A DNA stretch of 64,000 nt, from assembly GCF_006345805.1 (NCBI RefSeq), contig NC_043007.1, positions 54,250,001-54,314,000 on the forward strand. The letters run 5' to 3'. The position numbers were made by a program, and so were the translations under genes. Positions 47,051 to 59,939 of this stretch are shown piece after piece (the first letter of the stretch is position 1; each line of letters starts with the position of its first letter). The notes beneath the pieces are model-generated. The model was given only the letters and a program-made list of their open reading frames with translations, did not search any database and had not been told where the DNA came from. This DNA comes from Octopus sinensis (taxonomy: Eukaryota).

Positions 47051-49490
47051 CATCATCATCATCATCATCGTTTAACGTCCGTTTTCCATGTTAGCTTGGG
47101 TTGGACGGTTCAACTGGGGTCTGGGAAGCCAGGAGGCTGCACCAGGCTCCAGTCTGATCTAGCAGTGTTTCTGCAGCCGGATGCCCTTCCTAATGCCAAC
47201 CACTCCGTGAGAGTAGTGGGTGCTTTTTATGTGCCACCAGCACAAGTGCCAGGGGAGGCTGGCAGCAGCCACGATCGGTTGGTGCTTTTTACATGCTACC
47301 GGCACAGAAGCCAGTCAAGGCGGCGCTGGCATTGGCCACGTTCGGATGCTGCTTTTTACGTGCCACCGGCACAGGTATCACAACTACAATTTCCATTTGA
47401 TATTTATTTTGATGTTGATGTACTTGACTCAATAGGTCTCGTCAAGCACAGCAGGTCGTGTGCCACTGGCACAGAAGCCAGTCAAGGCAGCGCTGGCATC
47501 GGCCACGTTCGGATGGTGCTTTTTATGTGCCACCGGCACAGGTATCATAATTACAATTTCCATTTGATATTTATTTTGATGTTGATGTACTTGACTCAAT
47601 AGGTCTCCTCAAGCACAGCAGGTCACCCTACAATCCAAGGTAAGCACAGCAGGTCGTTCTGCAAACCAAGGTACTTCGGATGGGCTGAGACTATACGAAA
47701 CTGGTGCAGGAAGCAGCCATGAACTCACATTATTTGTTGGGTCTTTGCAGTCACAGCATATCTCCAGAGATCTTGGTCTTTCTTCATTGCCTCTGTGAGG
47801 CCCAATTTTCAAAGGTCATACTTGACTACCGCGTCTCATGTCTTCCTGGGTCTACCTCTTCCCTGGATACCTTCAACTGTTTGGGAGTGGCACTTCTCTC
47901 CTCATCCATCCGCAGTACATGACCATACCAGCACAAATGTCTCTCTTGCACACCACATCTGATGCTTCTTATGTCCAGCATTTCTCTCAGGGCGCTTACA
48001 CTCTGTCATGTGTGCACACTGACATTACACATCCAGTGGTTCATGCTAGCTTCATTTCTTTCAAGCCTATGCATGTCCTCCGCAGTCACAGCCCATGCTT
48101 CATGGTAGTGAAACACACATGCATCGTACAGTTTACCTTTCACTCTGAGCAAGAGACCCTTTGTCACCAGTAGGGGTAGGAGCTTTCTAAACTTTGCCCA
48201 GGCTATTCGTATTCTAGTGGTGACACTCTGAGCATCCACCTCCACAACTAACTTGGTCACCTAGGTAGTGGAAACTATCAACTACTTCTAGTTTCTCCCC
48301 CTGGAGTGTGATGGAATCTGTTTTCTGAGTATCTGTGGTGTCTATTGCCCCTGTGCATCTGCTGTACACGAAAGCTATCCTCTCAGTTAATTTTCCTTTG
48401 ATGTTGCTGCACCTCTTATGCATCCATAGCTTACACTGGGTACATCTTATGGAGTTCCTACCTACACCTTTTCTACAGATCAAGCAAGGCCCGAGGGAGA
48501 GTGTGATTAGTTCGCCTTTGTGCTTACTATAACTTTGGTCTTTGCTACATTTACTCTAAGGCCCATTGATTTTAAACCCTAGCTTCCACACACAAAATTT
48601 CTTTTCTAGTTCCGGTAGTGATTCTGCTATGAGGGCCAGGTCATCAGCATAGAGGAGCTCCCAGGGGCAACCCATCTTGAATTCCTCTGTTATTGCCTGG
48701 AGGACTATGATGAATAGAAGGGGACTAAGGTGGACCCCTACTTCTACCCAGAATTCTTCACTATACTCGTTGCCAATCCTAACCTTACCAACAGCCTCTC
48801 TGTATAGGGCCTGTACAGCCCTTATCAACCATTCGTCAATCTCCAGTTTCCGCATTGCCCACCAGATAAGGGATCGGGGGACCCTGTCAAAGGCTTTCTC
48901 CAAGTCCACAAAAGCTAAGTAGAGGGGTTATCTTTAGCTAGGTATTTCTCCTGCAGTTGTCAAACCAGGAATATGGCATCAGTGGTGCTTCTACCTGGAA
49001 CAAAACTAAACTGCATCTCATCTAAGCAGACTCTCTCCCTAATGAGATGGACTATGACACTCTCTGTGACCTTCATCACCTGATCCATCAGTTTAATACC
49101 CCTGTAGTTATTCCTATCTAGAGCATCACCTTTACCCTTGTAGCAGTTGACTATGGTGCTGCTATGCCAGTCATTGGGTATGACTCTGTTATGTACTACC
49201 TGGTTAACAATGCGGGTGACTAAGCTATAGCCCACACCACCAGATGCTTTAAGCATCTCTGCAGTGATTCCTGATGGGCCAGGGGCTTTTCCTGGCTTCA
49301 TACCCTTAACTGCTTTATCTACTAGGGAACTGTCTATTGAGATAGCTGATCCCTCTACTGGGTCAACATTTGGAAGGCTCTCCTCCACCCATTCATTCTC
49401 CACATTCAGCAGTCTTTCATAATGGCTTCTCCAAGTCTCTTTCTTTTCAGAATCACTAAAAGCAAGTGCACCATCATTCATTCAAACACA
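47051..49490 (-). mobile_element. RTE LINE, 5'-truncated, decayed
   Basis: ORFs 48960-49481, 48556-48909 and 48214-48483; 3' UTR repeats; (CAT)n tail. Confidence 0.92.
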
Positions 49491-49519
49491 TTTATATGTA
49501 TTTATATATGTATATACAC

Positions 49520-50115
49520 ACACTTGGACTTGAAGATTCCTAGGAAATAGCTGCAGACCTCTGTGAGAAGAGCCAAGAACTATCCAGAGTTCATCACCAA
49601 AAATGGTTTGAGACCAGACACTGTTTTATGGTCTGAATAAAGTGCCAAATTGATTGTCATTGAGTTGTCAGTATCATATGAAAGCCACATTTTTAATATG
49701 AGCAAATATGGTGAGCTGGAAAATCAGCTAGAGAGTGAGGGTTACTATTGCACTGTGAAACCAGTTGAAGTTGGATTATGAGGATTCATGGTTACTTCAA
49801 CCTGCTGGCTACTCAGATATTTGAGTATCAAAGGCCATAAAAGAACTGCCACAATCAAATTCTTGTCTGATGTTACTGAAAAGAGCTCAATATGGTTATG
49901 GACAAAGAAAAATTATCAATGGACCAAGGTTCAAGTCATAGATTCCATTGGTTATTTATAGTAAATAAGGAAGAAGAGAACTGGCTATTTCAGTGGTCAG
50001 TGTGACCTAGTGGTGTGAAACATAGACCTGGGTGGGCCTGGCTCCTGTAGAGTGACAGGAGTAAAGGCTGAAATACTTGTTGGATGGGAGTTGTTCTTCT
50101 GAAGATCTTCCTTGC
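49520..50115 (+). mobile_element. HERO-like LINE 3' fragment (PD-(D/E)xK restriction-like endonuclease)
   Basis: One frame: LRPDTVLWSE*SAKLIVIELSVSYE..KYGEL..PVEVGL*GF..EKSSIWLWTKK. Confidence 0.7.
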
Positions 50116-50145
50116 TGTGCACTTGCTCAACTTGTGGTGAGTTTC

Positions 50146-50184
<39 letters not shown>

Positions 50185-50195
50185 ACACACACACA

Positions 50196-50226
<31 letters not shown>

Positions 50227-50249
50227 CCACACACACACACAAACACACA

Positions 50250-50288
<39 letters not shown>

Positions 50289-50334
50289 ACACACACACAC
50301 ACTTATATATATACAAATAGCATACAATGAGCAA

Positions 50335-50790
50335 AAGAGATACCTATAGAACAACTTAAGGCAACACAAGAAAGACAAACCCATCATTGGAACACAATAC
50401 CATTTCTATTAACATGCAATCTGCATCACCAAAACATTTTTAACATCATCAAAACAAATTTGCCAATCCTGAAAGAAAGTGAAAAATTTAAAAAAACATA
50501 ATAACTAACCAAACACTTATCTTAAACAAAAAGCAACCACATAACCTAAAGAAACTATTAACAAAGGCAAAATTCAACATGAACAAACAGGATAAAACAT
50601 TTACAGTATCCAAGTGTAATAACAGATGTGGAACATGTCACTACATGCATACTAGTAGATCCATTAGAACAAAAAATGGACAGATTTTCACAAATGTAGA
50701 TATGAACTGCAAAAGCAGAAATTTGATCTAAATGTCCTAATTATGAGGAACTATACATTGGTAAGACAGGGAATGCATTATTAGAATGCT
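50335..50790 (+). mobile_element. Penelope-like element linker / GIY-YIG remnant
   Basis: KKQPHNLKKLLTKAKF..CNNRCGTC..MNCKSRNLI..LYIGKTGNAL. Confidence 0.72.
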
Positions 50791-50943
50791 CACTGAGGTC
50801 ATTTTATACTCTTGATACACCAAGACAATAATTATTTTATCAAATGATTTTTTTCAGTATAGCATTTCAATCATTCCACTACCAAGTTTGCCATCACCCC
50901 TTCCTTCCTTATTCATCTATCACCCCTTCCTTTCTCGTTCATA

Positions 50944-51900
50944 TGTTATGATGAAGAAAAATACAAGTGTGTAGTGTATGCTTCAGGGAAATTCCTCTTT
51001 CTGTTATATATACATAAATACAGATGAAGTAAATAACAGCTAGCCTTTGGCTGCACTTTTGGACCCTGTTGTGTCCTCTTCTCTGATTGGTTGGTATTAG
51101 CACAATTTTTCTCTTGTTCTATCGTGTGTCAATATGCAACCCAACCAATCACAGCCTTCAAATAAGGTCACATGAGACAGTCTCTTCTAAACCTCAGTTT
51201 GAGTTGACTGCTCACTATAAAACTCTAGCTTCACGCCGTCTTGATGTCTTTTGGTTCCAGACCTTTTGAGGTCTAGCCACTGATTACACAGGACACAGCC
51301 AGTTCCAGCGACAACACAACAGCAGCCACATGGAGACTCATCAGTTTCGTGCAGCAGCATTCAAGGACCTCCATCTCTGTCGCCACCATTCGTCCTAATG
51401 TCAACATCATCTCTCTACATACACAGCAACCAGCAACACTTGCACAGGTTCCAACACAACACTATTTGTGAATCACTTCACCATGGTTAACAGCAAATAC
51501 AACCTGCGAGAACTCTTGTACCAAGTAACCGGCAGCAGCATCATAGCCACAACTTCTTGTACGACATGTACCTCAACTGGCTCTGCATTACAGCCACAAC
51601 TTCTTGATACAGCATTTCAACTATTGTGTACATTGACTACGAACTGGTATTTATCATCCTTGTGTCTGAATATTCTTCTAACTTCACATTATAGACTCTT
51701 TCACTGCTCTGTACATAACGCACATGCATACATCCATGCCTATGTACACACACACTTTGTTCTCATGACAGCCTGTCTGTTATTATGTATACATGATGCA
51801 CCACAGATACACATGTTAACCTATCAATAAAATCTTCTCTTAAACATATTACTTGGTTGTGTCTCTCTTTTCCTTCTGGCACTTATACGCAGTTACCCTT
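50944..51900 (+). mobile_element. Possible LTR
   Basis: Starts TGTTAT; CCAAT (~51146), TATAAAA (~51217), AATAAA (~51826); precedes Gypsy pol; 3' end not defined. Confidence 0.35.
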
Positions 51901-51984
51901 TTCATATTTATTGTATCGATTGTGTGATGCACTAAAGGAGCCATTCTCATCACCTCATTTCACATGGTTGTTTACAAGAGTATT

Positions 51985-53030
51985 ATTACAGTAGATTTAC
52001 ATTCCCAATATACATAATGTAAGGGCCCCACTAAATGATCTGTTAAAGAAAAATACAAAATGGTGTTGGACTGATAAGAGCCAGAAGGCATTTGACAAAT
52101 TAAAAAGCATTTTAACATCGGACTTATCATTAACACATCTTGATCCAAAGTTGGATATTATATTGGCTACAGATGTGAGTGATTACAGTGTAGGAGCCAT
52201 GCTTCAGCACAAATATGATGATGGGAGTAAAAAGGCTATAGCCCATGTGTCTTGATCATTATTACTAGCTGGAAGAAACTACAGTCAGATAGAAAAGGAA
52301 GTGTATTTGGTGTGAGGAATTTCCATAGATTTATTCATGGAAGAAGTTTCTGTTTACAAATGGATCATTGCCCACTACTGTCAATATACGGTTCTAAAAA
52401 AGGAATAACTGGTATTTCGAGGATGAAAGCTTTAATGCATAGTTACGTGTACAGGCCAAAAATGGAAAGAGAGATCAAAAATTTAGTGAAAGGCTGTAGA
52501 GGATTTGCTCTAGCAGCAAGATTACCCACGACAGAAAGTGAGCCTTGGCCAAAATTAGATGTTCCATGGTTGATACTACACATCAATTTCGCTAGTCCTT
52601 TAAATGGGTCATACTACTTAGTGGTAGTTGATAGTTTCTCTAAATGGCCAGAAATTTGTAAATGTGAAAGATCAACCTCCTCAACTGTTGTCAAATTTTT
52701 TACATGTGCTGTTTGTGAGATTTGGCATCCTAGTTGCAATTGTGTCTAACAATGAAACACAATTTGTGCCTGTAAAATGTTCACTGTAGAACATGTAACT
52801 ACAGTGCTATGCCATCCCAAATCTAACAGATAAGCAGAATACTTTGATGATATGTTCAAGAGAGCCCTAAGGAAGTCATAGATGAGGTAGCTCAACAACA
52901 ATTCTTAAGAGTATACCATGTAACACCAAATCCAAATACACCAGAAGGTATGTCACCAGTAGAGCTGATGTTTGCAAGGAAAGTAAAATCAGTCTTCGAC
53001 AAATTGCTACTTGCTAAGAAAAGAAAACAA
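51985..53030 (+). mobile_element. Ty3/Gypsy pol relic (RT thumb/RNase H, integrase)
   Basis: APLNDLLKK..LATDVSDYSVGAML..RNYSQIEKE; DHCPLL; LHINFASPLNGSYYLVVVDSFSKWPE; SPVELMFAR. Confidence 0.88.
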
Positions 53031-53179
53031 TTTGACTTTAAGGATTACAACAGAAACAGAGACTTGGCTTTAATGATCAACATTTTTGAAGAACTGGTTT
53101 CACCAAATGCACTACAAGAAAGACAATTTGATTTCACAAAGGAAGATTGACTCATTAAGCATACAGTTAATTTTTTTAT

Positions 53180-53628
53180 ACATGTGGAAGGGGTTGTACC
53201 TGTGGCAGGAGTAGACCCAGGAAGACATGGGATGAAGTGGTGAGAAAGTATCTTCAGACACTGAGACTCACTGAGGAAATGAGAAAGGACTGGGAGTTGT
53301 GGTGATTTGCTGTACTTTAGAAGACGCAGTCATCCATACTTACAGGCGTGTCCTTTGCAGGTGCTAGTGCCACAAAATGTACTCATGCCAGTCCATATAC
53401 GATGCCCTTGTGCTGGTGCTGTGTAAATGCACCCATGCTGGTGGCACATGAAAAGCACCCAGCACACTCTGTAAAGTGGTTGGTATTAGGAAGGGAATCC
53501 AGCTGTAGAAACCATTCTAAAACAAACAATTGGAGACTGGATAGCTCCCTGGCCAACCAACTCCTGTGAAACCGTCCAACCCATACCAGCATGGAAAACA
53601 GACGTTAAATGATGATGATGATGATGAT
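53180..53628 (+). mobile_element. RTE 3' end with (GAT)n tail
   Basis: agacccaggaagacatgggatgaagtgg; tail catggaaaacagacgttaaatgatgat. Confidence 0.8.
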
Positions 53629-54270
53629 GTATTTTAAACTAACTTTATTTTGCATGAAATTAAAATTAATGAATTTGTTTCGAAAGATTCCTGATATGAA
53701 ATTGTGTGTTGAAACAGATATTGTTATATTTTGGAATGGTCATTTTTTTCTTTTTTTGCCAAGTAAACACACACACTATATATTTGTTCTTCACTTCAAC
53801 TTTATCATTATTCTTATTTTAGTGTCATTTGTCTGAAATCGATTCTCATACATTCTATATCCTCTTCAGTAACTCTCTATCCCTCATGTTTCATGTCCTG
53901 TTTATTCCATTCTCAACTGAAACATTTTTCTATTGCAAGAATGTAAATCACACCAATTGTTTAGGGTAAGATGAGAAACAGTTTTGTTACTACAAAGTAA
54001 TCATTACAAAATTGTCAAAGGTCTAACTAGTTGGATATGAAGCAAACAGGCAGTGCTATGTGTAGATGTAGAAAAATGAATAACATTAGGAATGTAAATG
54101 AATTGAATTGGTTTCAACTGTGATTAGAGTCATAGCTTCAGAGAGTAAACTTCTGGCACTAGAGTACTATCCACACATAAATCTTCTGTAAATTAAAAGC
54201 AAGTGTCTTATAGATGGAATCTCTTTCTAATCCTAACCCTACACCTCTAAATTAGGGTTGGTTCCTAATA

Positions 54271-54680
54271 TACGAGGTCTGATCAATAAGTATCTGGACT
54301 GTTGCCATAGTAACAAAGTTAAAGCACGTAGAGTAAGGTTGCTGGGTAAACATTGACTTTAAACACTGCTGTACATGCGCACTAAGTCTTAATATTCTAG
54401 CTCACTTCTGCTGTTTACAGCAGTGTTTGGAAGGAAGGTGTGTAGCGTATGATCATCGCAGTGACCATGACAAAGTTATTGTTGCGATACCTGCTCAGAG
54501 GCATATGCAAAGTTGCAGAAAGTGTATGGAGAGGAGTGTATGAGCTGCGCACAAGTGTATGAGTAGTTAAGATGTTCAAAAAAATGTCAATATCGACGAA
54601 TGTTCTGGGTGACCTGCAACCAGCAGAACTGAGAACAACATCGCAGATGTGCATGCCGCTGTGAAGGGAAATAGGTTTAT
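54271..54680 (+). mobile_element. mariner 5' fragment
   Basis: TA+CGAGGTCTGATCAATAAGTA TIR; EAYAKLQKVYGEECMS..QVYE / ATSRTENNIADV helix-turn-helix remnant. Confidence 0.8.
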
Positions 54681-55127
54681 TTCTTGTAAATATCTTTGGA
54701 AAACTGTCCTGAGAGATGCTTTATTGTTGACCTGTCTAACTTACCCATGCAAATAAAATAGGTTTTAAAACAATTTTACAATAGGTTTTAAAACTGCTAA
54801 CAGTGACAATACAAATACACAGAACAGGATTAGACTAAAGCAGTCAGTAAACTATTTGAATACAATAATAATGTTCCTTGGCAACTACTTTGGTGGAATT
54901 AGTTGTAATTATCTTCAATCTAAATTAACTACAAATGTACAGTTATCAAGAAAGATTTTATTCCCATTTAATATCCTGGTCACTATTAATAGTTAAAAAT
55001 TTAAGTGACTAACCAGGAACTGTATTTGATACAACCTAATTAAAACTGGTAAATTATATAAAACCATTTCCAAGAATAATTAGGTAATCATTCTTCCTTT
55101 CCATAAGTAAATATATACTATTCTTGT

Positions 55128-55465
55128 GAAGGCACATGGCTCACTGGTTAGAACAGTGGGCTCACAATCATAAGGTAGTGCATTCAGTTCCTGGAATGGT
55201 CAGTGTGTTGTGTTCTTGAGCAAGATACTTTATTTCATGTTGCTCCAGTTCACTCTGCTGTAGAAATGAGTTGCAATATCACTATTGCCAAGATGTATTG
55301 GCGTTTGCCTTTCCCTTGGATAACATCAGTGCCATGGAGAGGGGAAGCTGGTATGCATGGGTGACCGCTGGTCTTCCATAAACAACCTTGCCTGGACTTG
55401 TGCCTCAGAGAGGAACTTTCTAAGTGCAATCCCATGGTCATTCATGACCGAAGGAAGTCCTTCCA
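55128..55465 (+). mobile_element. tRNA-derived SINE (third family)
   Basis: A-box tggctcactgg; core tgttcttgagcaagatactt; a degenerate head of the same family at ~55895-55970(-). Confidence 0.6.
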
Positions 55466-56830
55466 TATAGTATTCTTGTATTTGTTAATATTTCTAACTT
55501 AACTCCTAATCATATTGTCAAGTCTTCAATGAATTTCATAAACAAATGTCACGGAACTAAACATTTAGTTGAGTACTTTTAGTCAGTAAGAAAGGGAATT
55601 AATGTACCTGGCCTTCTAAGAACTGTTCTAGATTAAAATATAGAGATATTATGGGGGAGGTTAGCAAAGCTGAAGTGTTGTAGCTTAAAGGTTAGATGCA
55701 AAACATAGAAGAAGTTAGTATAGTCAACCACCACAGCTTGGGAACAAGCACTGTGCTTTCACTAATTGTTTTAGATGTCGATGTAGTTACAAGCAGGCAT
55801 AAACACTCTCTAGACTCTCTCACCCTTTGACTAAGTGGAATATCCAGAATGTGACAGCTGGAGAAAGTGAGATTGAACTAGCCTCTGGACAGAACATACT
55901 ACCTGATCCAGGAATTCAACTCATGATGTTATGATCATGAGCTGAATGCCCTCATCATTAAGCCACATGCTCTCACAGAGAAGGAATACAATTCTGGAAA
56001 AGGACTGGAAAAGACACAATAGGATGTGTAGGTTTAAGTTTAGAGGTAATATATAATGAGCAACTAGAAAATGTAATTCTTTCCTTCCTTCTTTCTTTTT
56101 CACAACTTCTTAAGATGGAAAAGAAAAGAGAGAGAGAGAGAGAGAGAGAGGGTGGTCTGTGGGGATTACAACTGAATGAAGGGAGTCCACAGCTGTTAAA
56201 TGTTGATGACTGAAAACAAACTAACCAGATACAATGTTTCTTTTTTAAGGGTGGGATACAGTGTGCAAAATTGCTGCAGAGAGAACTGTTCAAGGTGCGT
56301 TAAGAATTAATGAAAGGTATAATTATACTTTATATAGAGTTAGCAGCTATTCAGGGTTGAGGATTTTTCTTGTTCTGAAAAGAAACTAGAAATGTATAAT
56401 ACATGAAAAATTTCTATGGGAAGTTGTCCAAAATTGAAGGCCTAGCATTTGATCTGGCTAGTGTAGACTTAACCATCCCAGATTGACATCATTCAAAGTA
56501 GTTTATGCTCAATGATTATTACTGGTTTCAAGAATTAGCAAAGCAGCAACTTTATTTTACAAAAGGTTCTGATTGCAAGGATAAATTATGTTCTTTTGGA
56601 GTTAATGAAAAGATCAGAATTGTTTCCATAAAGGAGCCTTACCATTCCTATTAACTTGATGGTTATCTTTTATCTTTTACTTTTTACTTGTTTCAGTCAT
56701 TTAAAACTGCCTTGAAGAATTTTTAGTCAAATATATTGATTCCCATTACATTTTTGGGGATGTAAACATACCAGCACCAGTTGTCAATTTGTGGTGGGAG
56801 ACAAACACAGACACGAAGGTACATACACAC

Positions 56831-56867
<37 letters not shown>

Positions 56868-57014
56868 TATAAAATATAAATTAGAGATAAAACCACTATT
56901 ATGCAACTCAAACAGTGATAGACATAAACCAAAACGTAAATAACAAATAAAATATTTTTATAAAACATATAACTAGATCTCAAAAGTATAAAAATGAATA
57001 ATCAATATATGATA

Positions 57015-57247
57015 ACAACATGGGTGCAGCATGGAATTTTGACAGTGAACAAGTCGCGGTCTCAAAGCGCCGAAAATATTTTGGTAAATTAAATTTAAAT
57101 GTTGAAGTGAATCTCACAGTTTTGCCATCATTTTTTTGCATTTTTAATGCATTTTTTGCTTGGTTTATATAAGGGAAGTAACTCTCTAAAAATGCTTATA
57201 TAGTTATTTCCCTTACAAACCCGAGCAATGTCGGGCGATACTGCTAG
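57015..57247 (+). mobile_element. Non-autonomous Helitron 3' part
   Basis: CCCGA-gcaatg-TCGGG hairpin (57220-35) then CTAG (57244-47) and T; 5' limit uncertain. Confidence 0.6.
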
Positions 57248-57529
57248 TGTAATATGTGACAATTATTCGGTAGCCATGATAAAACTCGGATGCCGAGGTG
57301 GAAATCCACATTGCCATCTCTTCAGTTATCTGGCCATTGGAAAAATGCTATGAAAATGACCTTTATACCCTGAGTTTAAGATGCCAAGGTTGAAATCTAC
57401 GTCGCCATCTCATTTTCATAGCATTTTTCCGATGGTCAGATAGCTGAAGAGATGGCGATGTGGATTTCCACCATGGCATCCAAAACTTGGAGTTTTATCA
57501 TGTCTACTGAATAATTGTCACATATTACA
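57248..57529. mobile_element. Foldback MITE with ~110-bp terminal inverted repeats
   Basis: tgtaatatgtgacaattattc... / ...gaataattgtcacatattaca; partial third arm copy inside. Confidence 0.85.
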
Positions 57530-57659
57530 TTTACAGATAAATTCCTCTATTTACATAATATTGAGGTCTCTTTTATTCTTTTGTTGTCTTACTATTTTTA
57601 TCAATATTTATAATATATACACACACACACACACAGACGTACACACACATGCACACACA

Positions 57660-57812
57660 TGCACGCACATACATACACACATACAACAGGCTTCTTTCAG
57701 TTTCTGTGTACAATATCCACTCACAAGACTTTGGTCGACCCGAGGCTATAGTAGAAGACACTTGCCAAAGGTCCCAAACAGTGGAACTGAACCTGAAACC
57801 ATGTGACTGGGA
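57660..57812 (-). mobile_element. tRNA-derived SINE (family of 41126)
   Basis: Reverse complement contains cacatggtttcaggttcagttccactg..caagtgtcttctactatagcctcggg. Confidence 0.75.
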
Positions 57813-58895
57813 CAGGTGGTGGTGTTGTAAAAATGTAGAACACTTTGCAGTATTTGGTTTTGATTCTTTGAGTTGTGAGTTTATCTCTGTTAGACCCCAT
57901 TTTAGTTTTTGTTGTTGTGGGGTAAATAAAATGAATGCCAGTGAAATAGCTGGCTTGTTTCAGTTACCATCTCCTGTACAGTTTTAGCCTTGCACTACTT
58001 AAAGAATAACATTAGAAGAGATTATCATTAAACTTGGAATCCACTATAGAGTTGTTGGGTAACAATACCAGAAACGCCTTTAAATCACACTGAGCTATTT
58101 ACAGAAAAGTCAAACTTTCTTCTATTCAATAGGAAAATGATATTTTAATGTTCAGCAAAAATACAAATAGCTTTTAAAAAGTCTGTCTGAGTGGCTAATT
58201 CCTTGAATAAGACTACACTTATCTTACCAAAAGTGCTGTGTTGCAAATCCTCTTCAACTGAATTTCAGTTAATTCTTCAACACCTTCTGAGTGTAATACA
58301 CACATTAATATGCATGGTTTGTTATTGTAAAGTGCAACATAGCATTTCTTTCATTGTTCAGTTTGTCCTTGAATGCCTAATGGCCTCCACCAGAATGGAC
58401 TTTACATGGAGTATAATAGCTGCTATTTTTCTACACTTCAGTGTTAATGAGCTATTGATGCCGATGCTATATTTTGTATATTTTCTTAGATGCAGACATA
58501 ATTTAGAAGCTAAGAAGCTCCCTTTGCAAGCATAATCTCATTGTATGGAACCTTGACTCTGTTTAATCATGCCTTGTATGTAAAATTGAGTAGATAGAGA
58601 CTATGTGGAAACCTGTTGGATGGAAAATATGAAGAAGCCTGTTGGATAGACTGTGGCAGCAATAGGCTGAAATTATATGACAAGTACAATGTCTGGAGAA
58701 AGTAAGAAAAGTAGGATAAAAAAATGGATAAGAGAAGAACGGTGGGGACAGGGGTGGCAGAGACAGAAAAGCAAAAAGGAAAATTATTTGCCTTAAACAC
58801 TGAAGAAAGAACAATTTTTTAATCTAATTTTTTTTTTTGCTTTTGTTTTAGTTGAGTAAGAAGATAGTGTTATTAAGATGCTGATATGAATATTG

Positions 58896-59285
58896 TGGAG
58901 GCGCAATGGCCCGGTGGTTAGGGCAGCGGACTCGCGGTCATAGGATCGCGGTTTCGATTCCCAGACCGGGCGTTGTGAGTGTTTATTGAGCGAAAACACC
59001 TAAAGCTCCACGAGGCTCCGGCAGGGGATGGTGGTGATCCCTGCTGTACTCTTTCACCACAACTTTCTCTCACTCTTACTTCCTGTTTCTGTTGTACCTG
59101 TATTTCAAAGGGCCGGCCTTGTCACTCTCTGTGTCACGCTGAATATCCCCGAGAACTACATTAAGGGTACACGTGTCTGTGGAGTGCTCAGCCACTTACA
59201 CGTTAATTTCACGAGCAGGCTGTTCCATTGATTCGGATCAACCGGAACCCTCGTCGTCGTAACCGACGGAGTGCTTCCTTCCTTA
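58896..59285 (+). mobile_element. Intact tRNA-derived SINE with 13-bp TSD
   Basis: A-box TGGCCCGGTGG, B-box GGTTTCGATTCCC; GATATGAATATTG at 58883-95 and 59286-98; (CTTC) tail. Confidence 0.88.
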
Positions 59286-59414
59286 GATATGAATATTGAA
59301 GTGGAGCAGACCATGTAGTTTCCTCATTTACTCAATGGAGAAAGGATCATTTGTAATCAAGCACTAGTTCGTTATCTGGTACAAAGCATGCAGTGCAGAT
59401 TGCATACCCTCGTG

Positions 59415-59667
59415 AATGTCAATATAATAGATGTTACCAGGTGTCTCATGGAAATTACAACAGATTGAAAAAAAAATATACCCAGTTTTCAGTAAGTGGC
59501 CAATGAATCCTTTCCAAATTGTAGCACCTATTGAGAAGTGTTATAATAGTTACAACAGAGACAACTAGCTTATAACAAACATTCACAGCACCTTCACTTT
59601 TTGAACCTTCAATGTCAGCTGTTCTTGCTATTGCAGAATCCACAAAGAACTTGAGCTAGAATTAGAC
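59415..59667 (+). pseudogene. Decayed 28S rRNA fragment (domain V)
   Basis: gttacaacagagacaactagc ~ GTTACCACAGGGATAACTGGC; ctttttgaaccttcaatgtcagct ~ CTTTTTGATCCTTCGATGTCGGCT; aacttgagctagaattagac ~ AACGTGAGCTGGGTTTAGAC. Confidence 0.8.
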
Positions 59668-59939
59668 TTCCCAACTCAGAAACACAGTTGGATCCAAAAT
59701 GTCTCAACTTTAAAAGCCAGGTGTTGTCCAGCAACACCTGCAAATTCACCATTTTGGGATCATCTGTGGTGAGTAGTAGCTGTTCCCTGGTAGAAATTGG
59801 CCTATTATTTTATATATCTTGTTCAATATGTAGTACAAAGGATTGTTCAGATTGATCTTGCTGCAACAGCAAACTATGTTCTTGGTTAGATCCACAGGAA
59901 AATTCACCATCTTTGTATCTGGAAATAGTGACTATATCT

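Noticed and set aside
58225-58290. Possible minus-strand host exon (GVEELTEIQLKRICNTALL, AG..GTAAGA)
   Set aside because: Weak polypyrimidine tract, no recognisable homology, no partner exons; needs RNA-seq
58897-58975. Possible tRNA gene
   Set aside because: A and B boxes are present but the acceptor stem does not close; continues into a SINE body with a TSD
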